64,000 bases of DNA from positions 49,363-113,362 of the forward strand of contig DF237230.1 in the NCBI GenBank assembly GCA_000708835.1, given 5' to 3'. Within the stretch, counting starts at the first letter, position 1. Every line of letters starts with the position of its first letter. The position numbers and the translations under genes were made by a program. Positions 61,073-64,000 of this stretch are shown one piece after another. Under the pieces are notes generated by a model. The model ran no database searches. It was not told the DNA's origin and saw nothing but the letters and a program-made list of their open reading frames with translations. Source of the DNA: Klebsormidium nitens. Lineage: Eukaryota; Plantae; Klebsormidiophyceae.

Positions 61073-63158
61073 CTAGTCAACCGACACAAAATCATTCGGC
61101 CGAGGCTTCTTCTCGACTGTGTACATCATGCACTCATCATCATTCCCATCGTCCTCTGTTAAGTCCACTGTTTCGATGCCTGTGAGCTCCAACTTCGTGC
61201 TCCACCCTCGCTTGGCCTCCTTGCGCCCCACCTTCGTCTCCTTCGTAGACGCTTCCGTTCCTTCTGTTCTTGTGCTGTTTCCGCTCTTCTTCGTCTCGAC
61301 CTGCAAATTGCGCACATGCTTTTGAGACCAAGCTCTCTTTTCTTGTGATCAACAAACGTGGATGATGTTCTTTGAACTCGTGGCTGATTGAGGGCAGAAT
61401 AATAAGAGCCTGCTTCAATCGGTATTCATTCTCAATTAAGGGGGACCCGTGGACTGCACAGCAGAGAAGCAGGTGCCCATGTTGTTCCTGCTCTAGTCAG
61501 GATGCGGTCAAGTGAGGATTTTGCTGGGCTGTGGAATGACCCGCACAGTGAGCCAGGTCGCTAGTAGTCCAGGCAAAGTTCTTTGGGCTGCGGTCAATCT
61601 TTGGGAGTCCCACCACCAAAGAAAGAACTGCGGACTCCCACTTTCATCAGAGTAGGTAAAAGAATGATTATTGAGTTCCCATTTCCAGGAGGAGATGGCA
61701 ATGTAATCTCATACTTGTTTCTCTTCTGAAACTTCGCGGGAGCTACCGGCATTCCCAAATCTTGCACGCCAGAGGAACTATTTAGAGCTTGGTATGCATT
61801 CCTTATATGAAGTGTCACAATTCCTCAAATGTTACAGCTTAAATCAAACGTAATCAACCGTCACGGTCTTCACTCCGCTTGTTCTAAATAATCTGACTTT
61901 TGAGAACTGCCGCTGGGCACGTGTAATTGCTCTTACCTTGACAGTCTTGGGTTTCCGCTCGACCGCTGGCTGACTTGTTGACGCCTCACCCCCTTCCTGA
62001 ACTCTCTGATGCACCCCTTCCAACAACCGTGCATGCTCCGGATTGCTCTGGTCTAGAACTTTCCGCAGCAACAGGATGGGAGCTGTCTCAAACCTGAGCT
62101 TCAGCTGAATTACCGGAACTCTAGACACTGGTCGGGTGTGAAAGGACTCTTGTTTGTGGGATTTTGTAGGCAGCACCCGTCCGCTTTCCGCAGTCAGACT
62201 TGGGGCAGTGAAGAACTTTTTCCCATCAGCCTGCAAAAACCAATTCTTTGATGTTGAGTGGTCAGACATCACTGAGTCAGACTTCCGCGCCCTTCATCAG
62301 CTTCATTGGCCTGGCAAAGCAGTCTCGGTTGAAAAGATAGTAATAGAGAGCGAATAAGGTGGAATACACGGTCAGACTAGGTAGGTACGTACTTCTAATT
62401 TCGCTGTTTGACCAGATTGAAAAGTTATTGCTCTCCTTGACCTGAAATCTCGTTAATGCATTTACATCTCCCCTAGCTGGATGCCTTGAGTCGAAGCTTT
62501 TTTGGGATGGCCACCATAGAAACACTCCATTAAAGCAATCTATTCAACTTGACATGATTTGCAGACCCTTGCCACAAACGGGAATTGGGCAAAGGATAAC
62601 GCTCTGTGACAAGCAAACAGTCAGAGGATTGTCAGTCCTTACCTGAGTGACAGAGGAGGCCGTTTTAATGTCCCGAGGTTTCCGCTTTGCTCCGAAACCT
62701 CTGAATTCACAGGCGCTGCAGCGCTCTTCCGGGGCCTTGCATGCATATCTCTCCATTTTCAGAAAGGAAGCTACCATAGTCCCAACCTGCGATTGTGATG
62801 CAGGGATGAATGGTTGCTGATGGTCTTCGGTAGCAGAACGCGGCTGCCCAAAGACAAACGCTCGCTTACTCCGATGGTCAACTCGCCAACCCTCAAATAC
62901 ACAGTCCTTAGCTTTCGCACCCGCGCTCCGCAGATCTCTGATATAGCCAATGCTTTCCCCATCAATAGCAAGTCCTGCTGCATATAGAGCTGTTGCCAAT
63001 TGGGATCCTGCAACGTTTCTTGCTATTCGCACCTGGAACTGGGTGTTGGGCCTTGCAACGACATAAGTGACATCATCCTTGAGAATCTCAGGGAACGGGT
63101 TTCCTTGATCATCTTCGATGACTAAATTGTAGGTCACGTCGCCCCTCCTCTCAATCAT
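61073..63158 (-). CDS. Uncharacterised conserved protein (~345 aa)
   Basis: Exons 63158-62643, 62230-61937, 61300-61073, all phase 0 with GT-AG. Beta-rich N-domain (YVVARPNTQFQVRI, LAIDGESIGY, FEGW...AFVF, VGTMVASF), KKFF motif, LRFET motif, acidic VDLTEDD tail. Confidence 0.8.
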
Positions 63159-63658
63159 CGCCGCTTTTGCCAGACACCTGAGAACTGTTTCACAGGACCT
63201 CGCACGACCACGCCGCTGCAGAGACACTAGGCAATGGAAGCACCAACCTCTGTATGAGCGGCTTCTTTCCTGCAAGCACCTTTGTCAGAGTCCCAGCTCC
63301 AAATTCTAGTCCTGCTAAAAGCTGATGCTGCAACGGATGAACAAGAACTCGCGAAGGATGCACAGTTTCTGCAAATCCTTGCAATGCCACCAGCACCTGC
63401 ACCAGATTGAACGCTAATACGGTATACCGTTTAATGTGAAGAGCTGAGCTATCAAAGCTGCCAGATCCTGCTGCCGGACTCCAGCTAGCTTTTTATCCGC
63501 CTATAAGCACCCGTGCGTTGTTTGAACACTCATCACCCGCCAAAACCAGCGTGCTACAACCGTCCGATATGCAAATTAACGGCTAAGATACATTTCTTTG
63601 TGCCATACGAATCAAATATATTCAAATACTGCTCAAAATGTGCTACAGCTACCTAGTA

Positions 63659-63890
63659 CCGTAGAGACATTGTCCATTCGCACCACCTTGGTGCGAATAT
63701 TTATTTTTGAACTTTTTCTGATTTCGCACCAGCATCGACGAATTTATTAAACTTTTCGTTTTCGTTGATTTTGAGGGTCTCGAGATTATTTCTTTAGTTC
63801 GCATTTTCGCACCTGCATCGAAATTAATATAACTTTTTTCGCAAGACTTGAAAATAATTATTTTAGTGCGAATGGACAATGTCTCTACGG
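63659..63890. mobile_element. Tc1/mariner(pogo)-type MITE, 232 bp, perfect 25-bp TIRs and TA target-site duplication
   Basis: TA|CCGTAGAGACATTGTCCATTCGCAC at 63657-63683 and GTGCGAATGGACAATGTCTCTACGG|TA at 63866-63892 are exact reverse complements; AT-rich interior. Confidence 0.9.
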
Positions 63891-64000
63891 TAGGTATGTG
63901 AGTTGAGAAGAATTTAGGTATACGGTATCTGACGCCAAAACTTTGTAGGATTGTTGGTGAGAGCGCCAGACGCAGCCACACGTTCCACGGGAACTCCTAT

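Noticed and set aside
63649-63981. 110-aa minus-strand ORF
   Set aside because: Lies across the AT-rich MITE; not a gene.

Overview
Intron-rich eukaryotic nuclear DNA from a green plant. A streptophyte alga such as Klebsormidium is inferred from gene content and intron style, not proven. I assembled eight protein-coding genes by hand from GT-AG splice sites and reading-frame continuity: (1) the 3' part of an Xaa-Pro aminopeptidase P (+) with an 11.6-kb intron; (2) an intronless GT2-like glycosyltransferase (+); (3) an intronless two-TM, Cys-rich orphan (+); (4) a SPARK-like receptor-like kinase (-, 9 exons); (5) prolyl 4-hydroxylase P4H1 (+); (6) a PPR-SMR protein (-); (7) ATG5 (+); (8) an uncharacterised conserved protein (-). 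There is a 537-N assembly gap, two MITE-like families and CATG-rich intergenic islands. No rRNA, tRNA or CRISPR array was found. The most unusual signals are: degenerate 'echo' copies of exon/splice-site boundaries inside neighbouring introns (three places, two genes); a triplicated, once-coding tract in the giant intron; a prokaryote/phage-looking GT2 with a Golgi-type anchor; the algal SPARK-RLK; and a PPR-SMR with a GUN1-like C-terminus. Family assignments come from motif recognition by eye; no database search was run.
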